This document shows, piece by piece, positions 8,956 through 17,986 of a DNA stretch of 64,000 nt. The notes under the pieces are model-generated. The model was not told where the DNA came from. It saw nothing but the letters and a program-made list of their open reading frames with translations, and did no database searches. The stretch is from NCBI GenBank assembly GCA_963675785.1, contig OY776562.1, positions 1,792,001-1,856,000 of the forward strand, written 5' to 3'. Position 1 is the stretch's first letter, and every line of letters begins with the position of its first letter. The position numbers and the translations under genes were made by a program. The DNA is from Anaerolineae bacterium. GTDB lineage: Bacteria; Chloroflexota; Anaerolineae; UBA1429.

Positions 8956-10146
8956 CTAACGGCCTATAATGCGATCAGCGTCGATAATATTGCCCGTGGC
9001 TAACAGCTCAGCGCGTAATGAGGCAAGCGGCACCTCAGCTACAGCGCAACCGGCGCCAAGGGCCAGTGCAACGGCAGTACCGGCGATTTCGCCAGTCAGC
9101 GCGCACACAGGAATAGCGCGAGCCATATCCCAGGGGCGCCCCTCTGCAGAGATGCAGCGCCCGGCTGCCAGCAGGTTATCCACCTGACCGTACAACGCCC
9201 CATAAGGCACCCCATAAACAATGCCCGCCTTACGCCATGAAGGGCACAGCCCCACCATATCCTCCGGAGCAACACCCGCCCCACTTTCAGCGAGAGTAGC
9301 GGCCCCTACAAGACGCCGTGTCATGCGGAAAGTGGGCATGGTGGGCACATTCACTAACCGCGCATCGGGATGATCGCCTCGGATGGCCTCAAAATGCTGG
9401 CGCAGCAGTTCACGCGAGCCCACCACCTGAGCAGTCACATTCTTGCCGCAATCACCGCGATAGCCACGTTGCGCCTCGGCTGAAGGAGTACCATCCGAGG
9501 CAAAAGACTCCGAAAGCGCTGCAAGATGCACCGCTCCCTCGGAGGCATAGTAAAACCAGGCCGAACGCACGTTGGTATCCAGCGAGACGGTCTCCTCCCC
9601 GCTGGCCGTGCAGAGGTCGGCGTCGCCGGTGCAATCGATATACATGTTCGCGTGCAGGGCCAACTGCCCCGATTTATTCCGTACCAGCACCGCCTTGATA
9701 TGCTCCTCGGTGCAGAGTGCCTCGCAGAAAAGGGTGTCATACCAGATGTCCACGCCCTCACGCAGCAGCAGTTCCTCCAAGGCCAGCATGTAGGAAGGTG
9801 GGTTGAAGGTCACGCGAAAGCGCTGTGCAGCGCGCTGCTCAACGCTGGCAGGGCCAGCCCAAGCAGCAGGCAGCAGGTTAAAACCATCCGCCACCGAGAG
9901 GTGCAGCAGTTCTTCGCTGAGGCCGCCAATGACCTGGTGCCCCAGCCCATCGCAGATGGGCAGATAGATAGCGACGTTGCCCAATGTTGCCAGGCCGCCC
10001 AAGCCACAAGTCTTTTCCAGCAGGCAAACCCGCAAGCCACGGCGTACAGACGCCAAAGCAGCCGCTACCCCGGCAATGCCGCCGCCCAAAACAACCACAT
10101 CATACTTGTCTATGGTCTCGATATCGCAATCCGAATGATGTATCAT
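8956..10146 (-). CDS. FAD-dependent oxidoreductase (FAD_oxidored family)
   Basis: YDVVVLGGGIAGVAAA, LGGLATLG, YIDCTGDADL, NLLAAGRCIS. Confidence 0.88.
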   Translation of the reverse strand: MIHHSDCDIETIDKYDVVVLGGGIAGVAAALASVRRGLRVCLLEKTCGLGGLATLGNVAIYLPICDGLGHQVIGGLSEELLHLSVADGFNLLPAAWAGPASVEQRAAQRFRVTFNPPSYMLALEELLLREGVDIWYDTLFCEALCTEEHIKAVLVRNKSGQLALHANMYIDCTGDADLCTASGEETVSLDTNVRSAWFYYASEGAVHLAALSESFASDGTPSAEAQRGYRGDCGKNVTAQVVGSRELLRQHFEAIRGDHPDARLVNVPTMPTFRMTRRLVGAATLAESGAGVAPEDMVGLCPSWRKAGIVYGVPYGALYGQVDNLLAAGRCISAEGRPWDMARAIPVCALTGEIAGTAVALALGAGCAVAEVPLASLRAELLATGNIIDADRIIGR

Positions 10147-10230
10147 CAGCTGACTACCTCTCAATTATCATCATAGACTGCATTCTAGCATGAAGGGGTG
10201 GGTTGACAAGGCAGCCACAAGGAGAGCGCG

Positions 10231-11019
10231 ATGGAATCGACAGAGCACGTATCACATTATTACCGGCGCCCTGGCGAAGACGAAAGGCTCAATCGGCATC
10301 AGCTAGAGTGGGACATGACCTGGCGGCATTTGCAGGATGTGCTGCCGCCTGCTGGTCGCGTGTTGGAAGTGGGCTGCGCCACCGGACGCTACAGCCTGGA
10401 GATGGCCCGCCGTGGCTATGAAGTAGTTGGTTTGGATCTCGCTCAAGAGCAGTTGGATCTAGCCCAAGAACACGCGAAGACAGAGGGCCTGACTGACAGG
10501 GTCACCTTTGCAGTCGGCGATGCCCAGGATTTGAGCCTCTTTGAGGGTGAGTCGTTCGATGCGGTGTTGCTCTTGGGGCCGCTGTACCATCTGCAACAGC
10601 GAGCGAGCAGGGAACGCGCTATTCGAGAAGCACAGCGCGTGTTGTTGCCAGGCGGGATCATCGGTTCAGCCTTTGTCAGCCGCTATGGTATGTTGGGAAG
10701 CCTGGTGGTGGATCACCCCGAGTGGGTCTTGAGCGATGAGTTAGAACCCATTCTGCGAGATGGCTGGGTTCCGCAAGATTCTGGCTTCCCAGGTTATTTT
10801 GCCACCTACCCAGAAGCCATCGACCTGCATGAAAAAGCTGGCTTTACAACACGCCGCATGGTCGCTGTCGAAACCGGTATAGGCGCCTGCGATAAAACGG
10901 CCTATACCGAGCTCTCACCAGAGCTACAAGCCGCTTGGCTAGATGTTCTCTACCGCATCAGCACCGAACCCATCATGTTAGGTTCGGCCTGCCACTGGCT
11001 GTATTTGGGTAGCAAATAA
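10231..11019 (+). CDS. Class I SAM-dependent methyltransferase
   Basis: VLEVGCATGRYS motif I, FDAVLLLGPLYHL; AAGGAG RBS. Confidence 0.9.
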   Translation: MESTEHVSHYYRRPGEDERLNRHQLEWDMTWRHLQDVLPPAGRVLEVGCATGRYSLEMARRGYEVVGLDLAQEQLDLAQEHAKTEGLTDRVTFAVGDAQDLSLFEGESFDAVLLLGPLYHLQQRASRERAIREAQRVLLPGGIIGSAFVSRYGMLGSLVVDHPEWVLSDELEPILRDGWVPQDSGFPGYFATYPEAIDLHEKAGFTTRRMVAVETGIGACDKTAYTELSPELQAAWLDVLYRISTEPIMLGSACHWLYLGSK

Positions 11020-11050
11020 AAAGGGGCGCTGTCAGTTTGACAGCGCCCCT
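11018..11050. terminator. Terminator between convergent genes
   Basis: AAAAAGGGGCGCTGTCA-gtt-TGACAGCGCCCCT inverted repeat. Confidence 0.8.
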
Positions 11051-11070
11051 ACTCGTGTAAGAGTCTCGTG

Positions 11071-11952
11071 CTAGACCTCTATGCCGAAAACTTGGCGAAC
11101 AACAACGCCCACCAAGAAGGAAAAGACGGCTACGCCAATGCTGATGGTGGCCATCTCGGTGAAACGCTTGCGAAAGTCAAGATCTTTGGCAACCGAAATA
11201 TAGAAATTAAAAAAGGCAATGACCAGAACGGCAAAGACTAGTGTCAGTGCCAGACAAACCATATAGTTTTCAAAAAGCAGATAAGGCAGAATGAGAACGG
11301 TCACTGTAAAGACATAGGCCAGGCCTGTATAGAGCGCCGAACGACGCGCCTCAGACGCTTCCTCGTCGGCACGCGCCGAAAGATACTCGGAGGCGGCCAT
11401 AGAGAGCGAAGCTGAAATGCCGGTGATCAGGCCCGAGAGGGCGATAAGCTGGGTATTCTGAAAAGCAAAAGTAAGGCCGGCCAGGGTGCCGGTGAGTTCC
11501 ACCAAGGCATCGTTGAGCCCTAACACCACCGAACCCGTGTATTTGAGCGCTTCTTCATCGAGCATCCCTAGCAGCGCCTCCTCGTGAGCCTCCTCATCAG
11601 CCAAAATAGAGGCCAGTTCGGGGACATCGTTAATCATTGAGGCATATTCTGCTTGTGCATGTTCCTCACCGCGTTCCATGAGCTTGATACCAAAGGTGAG
11701 CCCCAGAACGCGGGCCAGCAAATAAAAAACGAGTGCTTTGAAGCGACTGGGAGCCACATCTTTGCCAGTATAAGCTCTAAAAATGGCATAGTGGGCAGAT
11801 TCCGTCTCGGCGATATCAGCAATAACCTGGCTATTGTGTTCATCCTTGATGGCGCCAGACAACCTCTTGTAGGTTTCGTGACCGGTGAGTTCATCTTTTT
11901 GCCATTTGAGCAGCGTGCGCTCCTGTTCCTCTGTTAACTTGTGCGAAACCAT
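11071..11952 (-). CDS. VIT1/CCC1 iron/manganese transporter with N-terminal rubrerythrin-like domain
   Basis: ExxH di-iron motifs (ESAH, EEAH), VVLGLNDALVE, SLSMAASEYLS. Confidence 0.9.
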   Translation of the reverse strand: MVSHKLTEEQERTLLKWQKDELTGHETYKRLSGAIKDEHNSQVIADIAETESAHYAIFRAYTGKDVAPSRFKALVFYLLARVLGLTFGIKLMERGEEHAQAEYASMINDVPELASILADEEAHEEALLGMLDEEALKYTGSVVLGLNDALVELTGTLAGLTFAFQNTQLIALSGLITGISASLSMAASEYLSARADEEASEARRSALYTGLAYVFTVTVLILPYLLFENYMVCLALTLVFAVLVIAFFNFYISVAKDLDFRKRFTEMATISIGVAVFSFLVGVVVRQVFGIEV

Positions 11953-12002
11953 GCGTACCTCCTGATACTAGCCTATCCATTACCTGTTCATTGTATCATC
12001 AT

Positions 12003-12056
12003 AAAAGAACCGCCGCATCCTGCAGGAATACGAATCCTCAGTATGCGGCGGTTTAC
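12003..12056 (-). terminator. Probable terminator of the thioredoxin-family gene
   Basis: AACCGCCGCAT...ATGCGGCGGTT stem with an A tract on its left (U tract on the minus strand). Confidence 0.6.
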
Positions 12057-12066
12057 GGTGCTAGTT

Positions 12067-12648
12067 CTAGACGAGATCGCAGGCGTCACCGGGCATCCAG
12101 TGCTCGTCCTGCCCCTTCCACTTGACGTTGCAACCAAGAGGGTTGGTAAGCGGTGTGCTCACCGGCTTGCCAGCCATGTGCTCGGCCAGGGCATTATCCA
12201 GGTCGTTTACCGTCATCTTGCTGATCTCGCGAGGGTTATCGACACCGCGGCCAGTGTAAACCAGCTTGCGGTCGCGATCGAACACATAGAAATGCGGGGT
12301 GCGCAAAGCACCGTAAGCAGTAGCCACTTCTTGCGATTCATCATACAGATAAACCCAGGGGAACTGCTGCTCTTCCATACGGGTAATCATCAGTTCCCAG
12401 CTATCCAGGGGGTGCACGCCTACCCAGTTGCTGTTGATGCCCACAAAGCGCACGCCTTTGTCGGCGTATTTCTCTGCCGTGGCACGCGTTATTTCATCCG
12501 AGCCCAGCACAAAGGGGCAGTGATTGCAGGTAAAGAATACGACGAGGGTGTCGGCATCGTCAAAATCGGCCAGGCTATAGGTCTTGCCATCGGTAGCAGG
12601 CAAGCTGAAATCAGGTGCTTTTTCGCCGAGTTGTAATGTAAAAGCCAT
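12067..12648 (-). CDS. Thioredoxin-family (AhpC/TSA-like) redoxin
   Basis: [20 protein letters not shown] CxxC, GCNVKW; ATG 12648 with AGGAG RBS. Confidence 0.9.
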   Translation of the reverse strand: MAFTLQLGEKAPDFSLPATDGKTYSLADFDDADTLVVFFTCNHCPFVLGSDEITRATAEKYADKGVRFVGINSNWVGVHPLDSWELMITRMEEQQFPWVYLYDESQEVATAYGALRTPHFYVFDRDRKLVYTGRGVDNPREISKMTVNDLDNALAEHMAGKPVSTPLTNPLGCNVKWKGQDEHWMPGDACDLV

Positions 12649-12841
12649 GATTTTTCTCCTTATCATCAGACGCTGTTCTTAGTGTAGCACATTGTGTCAA
12701 ATGGTGCGCTCGCCAAAACAGGATCAATCATACGTCCTTATGCATCATAAACAACTTCTCTCCAGCGCTTGAATCTCTTGTCTATTCCGAATACATTGCT
12801 TGCACAGCAAGGATGCCCCTGCTCGTAGATAGGAGAAAAGC

Positions 12842-15418
12842 ATGTTTGATAAACTGGCATGTTATGGTGTGCCCTACAACGGCGAAACGCCGCCCGATAT
12901 TGCCCCCTGGGAAGATGAAGCGGCTACCTGGGCCCAGGAAAACGCGGCCCGCATGACCTTGGGGTACATCTGTGATGGCGGCGCGATGAATGATACGCTC
13001 TACGCTCTGGCCGATTATTTGCTGACCTTCAACCCCCTTGTGCGAGAGGGGCAGGCCGACCGGTATCTGCTGGCGGCCACCGCCCTGGCCCTGTGTGGCT
13101 ATATGGGCGAGGGTATCTATGAGGAAGCCGAGCTGTGGCGCGTAGCGGGCTGTGCACGGCTGGCCACCAGCGGCCACCGCCGCAAGGCCTCGCTGGGCGA
13201 CCAGATGCTGACCGATTGTCTCCGCACGGTGTATGATCTGGCAGCCGAACTGGACATGCCCATCATCGCCGACCTCATCAGCCTGTATGAGCGCATGTTT
13301 GGCGTACTGGTAGATCACCTCCGCGCCGAAAGCATTCGCGTCACCGAGGCGGATTACGCCAGTCACTGTGCAAATCCGGTGGAGCCTCAAAAGCTGGGGA
13401 GTAACCTCAAGGCCAGAGACTGGCAATACAGTGATCTATTCTCACCCACCCGCACTTTTGGTGACATGGAAGAGGCCGAGGCCACACTGCATAACCGACT
13501 CAGCATCCGGGCGCATATGCATGTGCGTTACCAATTCAGCGACGAGATCGATTGGCACCTACGTCTGTTCGACGACCTGGAAACCGTGGTTGGCCTCAAT
13601 GGCTTGACCTCAGTAGCCAACCTGGCGTCTTGTTATGCCAAAACACAGGATGCACGTTACGCCTACAAGGCTCGCGAGTTACTGTGGAGTTGGTACGACA
13701 AGTGTCCCTTCCCCAATTACCACCACCACCAAAACCAGCCCTGGCGAACGCTGGAGACGGGCACACGCATGTCTCGCACCATGCCCCTGGTGATCAACAC
13801 CCTGGGCCAGACTGAAGCCTTTGATGAAGACACCCATGCCATGATGGCCCGCATGCGCCTGGACCACATGCGCTATTTGACAGCCTTTTCTGGTCCCCAC
13901 ATGAACTGGTTCCAGGTCGAATCGGCCAGCCTGGCCACTGCTGCGATTTACTCGCAAGAGTGTCGATTGTGGAAAACCTACTTGCGATTGGCCATGCGCA
14001 GGCTGCGCTGGATCAATCGCATTGGCTATTTCGCCGACGGCTTTCAGTTCGAGCTGACCCACGGCTATCACGGATTTCCCACGAGCACTCAATTCGGCAC
14101 CTGCATTGCCGCCCGCATGGCCGGTGTCGAGCTGCCCGCTGACTTTATCGCGCTGGTAAACAGAGCCTATGACATGTACCTGTATGCGGCCCAGCCCAAC
14201 TTTGTCATGCCGCGATTCAACGATTGCGGCGGTAATATGGAGGAATCCTGTGTCTCTCTGGCAGCGCCAGCACACATCTTTGAACGCGATGATCTGCTGT
14301 GGGGCGCTACCAAGGGCGCACAAGGCACCATGCCCGATCACACTTCGCATGAATGGCCCGATAGTAAGCTCTATGTGATGCGCAGCAGTTGGAGCACCGA
14401 TGCCCAGTATCTGCAGTTTGATGGTGCGCCTTGGGGTAATGCCCATCAACACGAGGACAAGCTCAATTTCATCATTTTTGACGGGCGCGAATTGCTCGTC
14501 GATCCCAGCATCTATTCTTACTCGCAGACCCCACTCACCCACTATTTCTGGGGCAGCTGGGCCCATAACGTGATCATCGTTGATGGCAAGGAACAGGCAC
14601 GGCGCTGCGTACCGGGAGCAGACCTGGTTACCAAGGGTGAAAACGAGTGGGTCTCTTCCAAGTCGTTCGATTTTGTGAGCAGCGAGTACCTTGAGGGCTA
14701 TGCACCTCGCCCCTTTGACCCACAAGGACAGCGCTTTTCATACCCGATGGTGCCAACTGAAGGCTTTGATGACAGTATTACCCACAAGCGCGCCATGTTT
14801 TATGTCAAGCCTGGCTACTGGATCCTCTGTGACCAAGTGTTGGGGCAGGATGACGACGAGCACACCCTGGATCAACTCTTCCACCTAGGCCCCATCGCTA
14901 CACCAGATGGCGAACTGCCCTTTAACCCTGGCGGTATCGAGGTGCAGGGCAAGGTCGTGTACTCGCACAACCCCGGCCTCGCAGACATTGCTCTGCTACC
15001 TGTAGACGACGACGCCACGGTCTCGCTGCATCGCGGTGAGCTCAACCCCGCTCGCGGCTGGTGGGGCATCGATGGTGAATCACCGCTGTGGGAAGTGGAT
15101 TATGCCCAGAGGGGCGGGCTGCCCCAGCGGATGGATGTGGTACTCTATCCCCTTAAAGACGAGGAGTATGTTTTCCCGGAAACGCATCGCCTTTATGCAG
15201 ATGCCCACACCACCGCCTTTGAGATCGTGGGCGAGGGATTCAGCGATACGTTTATCCTCTGCGACGCCGAAGCTGACGAAGTAAGCATTGAATCGACCCT
15301 ACACGGTAGTATTACCTTCAAGGGGCGGGCACTGCTCGTGCGACAGGATGGTACCTGTTACGTCGTCAAGCCAGAGGTCGTACGTGTTGGTGGCCAAGAT
15401 GTGGCGGTAAGCGAGTAG
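12842..15418 (+). CDS. Heparinase II/III-family polysaccharide lyase
   Basis: WRTLETGTR, NWFQVE, DGFQFELTHGYH, HQHEDKLNF, LLVDPSIYSY, AHNVIIVDG; no signal peptide seen. Confidence 0.82.
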   Translation: MFDKLACYGVPYNGETPPDIAPWEDEAATWAQENAARMTLGYICDGGAMNDTLYALADYLLTFNPLVREGQADRYLLAATALALCGYMGEGIYEEAELWRVAGCARLATSGHRRKASLGDQMLTDCLRTVYDLAAELDMPIIADLISLYERMFGVLVDHLRAESIRVTEADYASHCANPVEPQKLGSNLKARDWQYSDLFSPTRTFGDMEEAEATLHNRLSIRAHMHVRYQFSDEIDWHLRLFDDLETVVGLNGLTSVANLASCYAKTQDARYAYKARELLWSWYDKCPFPNYHHHQNQPWRTLETGTRMSRTMPLVINTLGQTEAFDEDTHAMMARMRLDHMRYLTAFSGPHMNWFQVESASLATAAIYSQECRLWKTYLRLAMRRLRWINRIGYFADGFQFELTHGYHGFPTSTQFGTCIAARMAGVELPADFIALVNRAYDMYLYAAQPNFVMPRFNDCGGNMEESCVSLAAPAHIFERDDLLWGATKGAQGTMPDHTSHEWPDSKLYVMRSSWSTDAQYLQFDGAPWGNAHQHEDKLNFIIFDGRELLVDPSIYSYSQTPLTHYFWGSWAHNVIIVDGKEQARRCVPGADLVTKGENEWVSSKSFDFVSSEYLEGYAPRPFDPQGQRFSYPMVPTEGFDDSITHKRAMFYVKPGYWILCDQVLGQDDDEHTLDQLFHLGPIATPDGELPFNPGGIEVQGKVVYSHNPGLADIALLPVDDDATVSLHRGELNPARGWWGIDGESPLWEVDYAQRGGLPQRMDVVLYPLKDEEYVFPETHRLYADAHTTAFEIVGEGFSDTFILCDAEADEVSIESTLHGSITFKGRALLVRQDGTCYVVKPEVVRVGGQDVAVSE

Positions 15419-15502
15419 TTCGAGACTAAACACCGCGGATATTCTGCGAGCCGATAGATCAAGCAAGGCAGGCGCCCGATCAGTACGATCGAGCGCCTGT
15501 TC

Positions 15503-16816
15503 TCAATACGATAACGACTCTCTATCTTGCTCAATTCGGAGACGCCAAAGAGTGCTGTTTTGCGGGGGGCGCACCATAGCGTAGGTGATGGGGGTTCCCT
15601 CTCGCACAGCCACGAGCAATTCAACATCTTCCGCCATAGCAGCTGGCAGCAGGTTCTTGCTCATGGCCTCTTCATGGCGAATGATGATGCCGCGGATATC
15701 CATACTGCCCATACCGTGCAACGTCTCGCCCGCATCGAGATCACGCTTAGCAATGGCCACCACCTCGCACATCCGCACATCGCGCGGTGCACCGGTAGCC
15801 TCGCCGCATAGCGCCGCCTTGATGACGGACATGTTGGCATCGGCCCCACAAAGGTGATGGGGACGATAGATCACGCCATAACGACCATCCTCACTAGCTG
15901 CACTAAAGTAGTGTGCTAAATACTTGCGCTTGGCCTCATTCTCTAGCCGTACGATGATGAAGGTGCCCTTGTCCAAGCGGCTGTCGGTAGTGCCAATCAA
16001 GTTCGCTGGCACACAATCCACTGCATCCACAATGCCTAGCGTATCGAGCTGGCCACCTTCCGCGCGAGGCCTAAAGAAATTGGGCAAATCCTCCAAGGTG
16101 ATAGCCGGCCACTGGGGGCCATGTGTGTCAATGGTGAGGCCGGTGCAGTTACAAGTCGAACACAGCTCGACAGCACTCTTGGTGCCATCGGCAAACTCGC
16201 GATCCTGTCGTCCTCGATAGGCTCGCTCGATTTGCTCCTCGTGATTCGGCCAATAGTGCGTTCCCTTGCCAGCCACCACCACCTCTAGACCTAATGCCCT
16301 GGCCCAGGCCACAAGTTCAGCGATGTTCCCGGGTTGGTCGCCATCAGCAATCGTATAGACTACCCCTTGCTGATCGGCCTTTTGTCGTAGCAGGGTGCCC
16401 ACTGTGCAATCTACCTCGATGCTAACAACCACAATATGCTTGCGATTAGCAATCGCCCCCTCAATGACTTGAGCAGCTACCTCAGCCACACCAGAGGATT
16501 CCACGACTACCTCCACAGAGTTGTTTTCAAAAACCAGCTCTTTACTGCAAGTCACTACTGCTTTGCCATCTGCAATCGCTTCATCAACCTCGACTAGAGT
16601 CTCAGCGATCACAATGTCTTCGGAAGCACGCCCTGCAGCTAGAAACGAGTTGATAGCATTCTCGAGATGCAAGTCCGCGATAACAGCGGGATACAACCCG
16701 GGGATATCATGTGCACAGAGCTGCATACCCGTACCAAACTCTCCTGCGCCGACCCATCCTACTATGATTGGCTGATGCGTGTCCCGTCGACTGTAGAGCT
16801 GCTCTTCAAGTGACAT
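15503..16816 (-). CDS. NAD(P)-dependent oxidoreductase, homoserine-dehydrogenase-like with C-terminal SAF domain
   Basis: VGWVGAGEFG Rossmann motif, DGDQPG, VVAGKG, DGTKSAVE, YRPHHL, AKRDLDAGETL SAF motif. Confidence 0.85.
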   Translation of the reverse strand: MSLEEQLYSRRDTHQPIIVGWVGAGEFGTGMQLCAHDIPGLYPAVIADLHLENAINSFLAAGRASEDIVIAETLVEVDEAIADGKAVVTCSKELVFENNSVEVVVESSGVAEVAAQVIEGAIANRKHIVVVSIEVDCTVGTLLRQKADQQGVVYTIADGDQPGNIAELVAWARALGLEVVVAGKGTHYWPNHEEQIERAYRGRQDREFADGTKSAVELCSTCNCTGLTIDTHGPQWPAITLEDLPNFFRPRAEGGQLDTLGIVDAVDCVPANLIGTTDSRLDKGTFIIVRLENEAKRKYLAHYFSAASEDGRYGVIYRPHHLCGADANMSVIKAALCGEATGAPRDVRMCEVVAIAKRDLDAGETLHGMGSMDIRGIIIRHEEAMSKNLLPAAMAEDVELLVAVREGTPITYAMVRPPQNSTLWRLRIEQDRESLSY

Positions 16817-16829
16817 TCATCTACTCCAT

Positions 16830-16908
16830 TTGACATGTTCAAAGGATCTTTTTACAATGCTTGTGAAAGCGATTGCACAATTAGTTATTTATTATGAAAG
16901 CGCTTTCC
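16830..16908 (+). promoter_or_regulatory. LacI-gene promoter and two LacI-type operators in the divergent intergenic region
   Basis: TTGACA (16830-35) -17 bp- TACAAT (16853-58); TTGTGAAAGCGATTGCACAA (16861-80) and TGAAAGCGCTTTCC (16895-908, perfect core GAAAGCGCTTTC) match the LacI-family central-CG palindrome. Confidence 0.85.
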
Positions 16909-16921
16909 AAGGAGTATTATA

Positions 16922-17908
16922 ATGACCCTGGAAGAAATCGCCAAAATAGCTGGTGTTTCGCCCGCCACGGTTTCGCGCGTGGTCAATAATAACCCTCGCG
17001 TAAGCCAGGAAACACGCGACCATGTACTAAGCGTCATTCAGGAACACGGCTATACGCCCAACGAAGCCGCCAGAGCGCTGGCCAGCAGCCGCTCCCACAT
17101 CATCAGTCTGGCCATCCCCACCGGCATGGAGACGCTGTTCAGTGGCTATGCCAAGATGGCCGAGGGTATTGCCCATATCTGCGCCAAACACGGCTATCAT
17201 TTGATGATTTCGCCGCTGCCCATGGACGATTTGGATACCTGCATGGCTATGCTTAATAACTCGCCAGCCGAAGCGGTCGTTGTAGCCAACGCCCAATGCG
17301 GCCCTGAATTCCTTTTCCGGCTGGAAAAAGAAGGCATCCCCTTTATCATGCGGGGCTCTAATCCCCCCTCCCCCGACATGGTGGCCGTTGGGCCAGATTA
17401 TGTTAGTGGTGGCTATATGGTGGCTAGGTACCTCATTGGTCATGGCCGGCGCAACTTGGCCGTCATTGGTGGACCCGACTTTCACGGCGGTGCCAACGAT
17501 CGCATGGAGGGATTCCGTCAGGCTTGCATCATCTCGGGCATCGAATTGCCAGATGAACGCATATACCGCGGCGCGTTTTTGCCCGAGACAGGCATGGAGG
17601 CCATTCACGCCTGGGCCTCAAAAGGTATCGATTTTGACGGTCTGTTCTGTATGAGTGATGGCATCGCTGTAGGAGCACTAGAGGCTCTGCAAGGACACGG
17701 CATCAACGTGCCAGAAGATATCTCTGTAATTGGCTTTGATGACTCGGAGATCGCCACCATGATCCGCCCCAGGCTCACCACGGTGGGTCATGCTCAGCAA
17801 GAAATTGGTGAGCGCATAGCAAATTTACTCATTGGTTGGTTGGAGACAGGCGTCAAGCCAGCCGGATGGGCGTTTCCGGTACATCTTGTGGAACGGGAAT
17901 CATGCTAG
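16922..17908 (+). CDS. LacI-family transcriptional regulator
   Basis: TLEEIAKIAGVSPATVSRVVN, YTPNEAARAL, VPEDISVIGFDD, PRLTTV. Confidence 0.95.
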   Translation: MTLEEIAKIAGVSPATVSRVVNNNPRVSQETRDHVLSVIQEHGYTPNEAARALASSRSHIISLAIPTGMETLFSGYAKMAEGIAHICAKHGYHLMISPLPMDDLDTCMAMLNNSPAEAVVVANAQCGPEFLFRLEKEGIPFIMRGSNPPSPDMVAVGPDYVSGGYMVARYLIGHGRRNLAVIGGPDFHGGANDRMEGFRQACIISGIELPDERIYRGAFLPETGMEAIHAWASKGIDFDGLFCMSDGIAVGALEALQGHGINVPEDISVIGFDDSEIATMIRPRLTTVGHAQQEIGERIANLLIGWLETGVKPAGWAFPVHLVERESC

Positions 17909-17986
17909 CCAAATAGGAAAATACCTCTGCCGCTTTGATTGCATGGGAAAATACACCGCACTGCCAATTCTAGATGGAGGATGGAA

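Noticed and set aside
11941-14725. Long ORF-track entries 11941-12636(+), 12782-13426(-) and 13679-14725(-)
   Set aside because: Antisense shadows of well-supported genes in GC-rich sequence, with no recognisable motifs.
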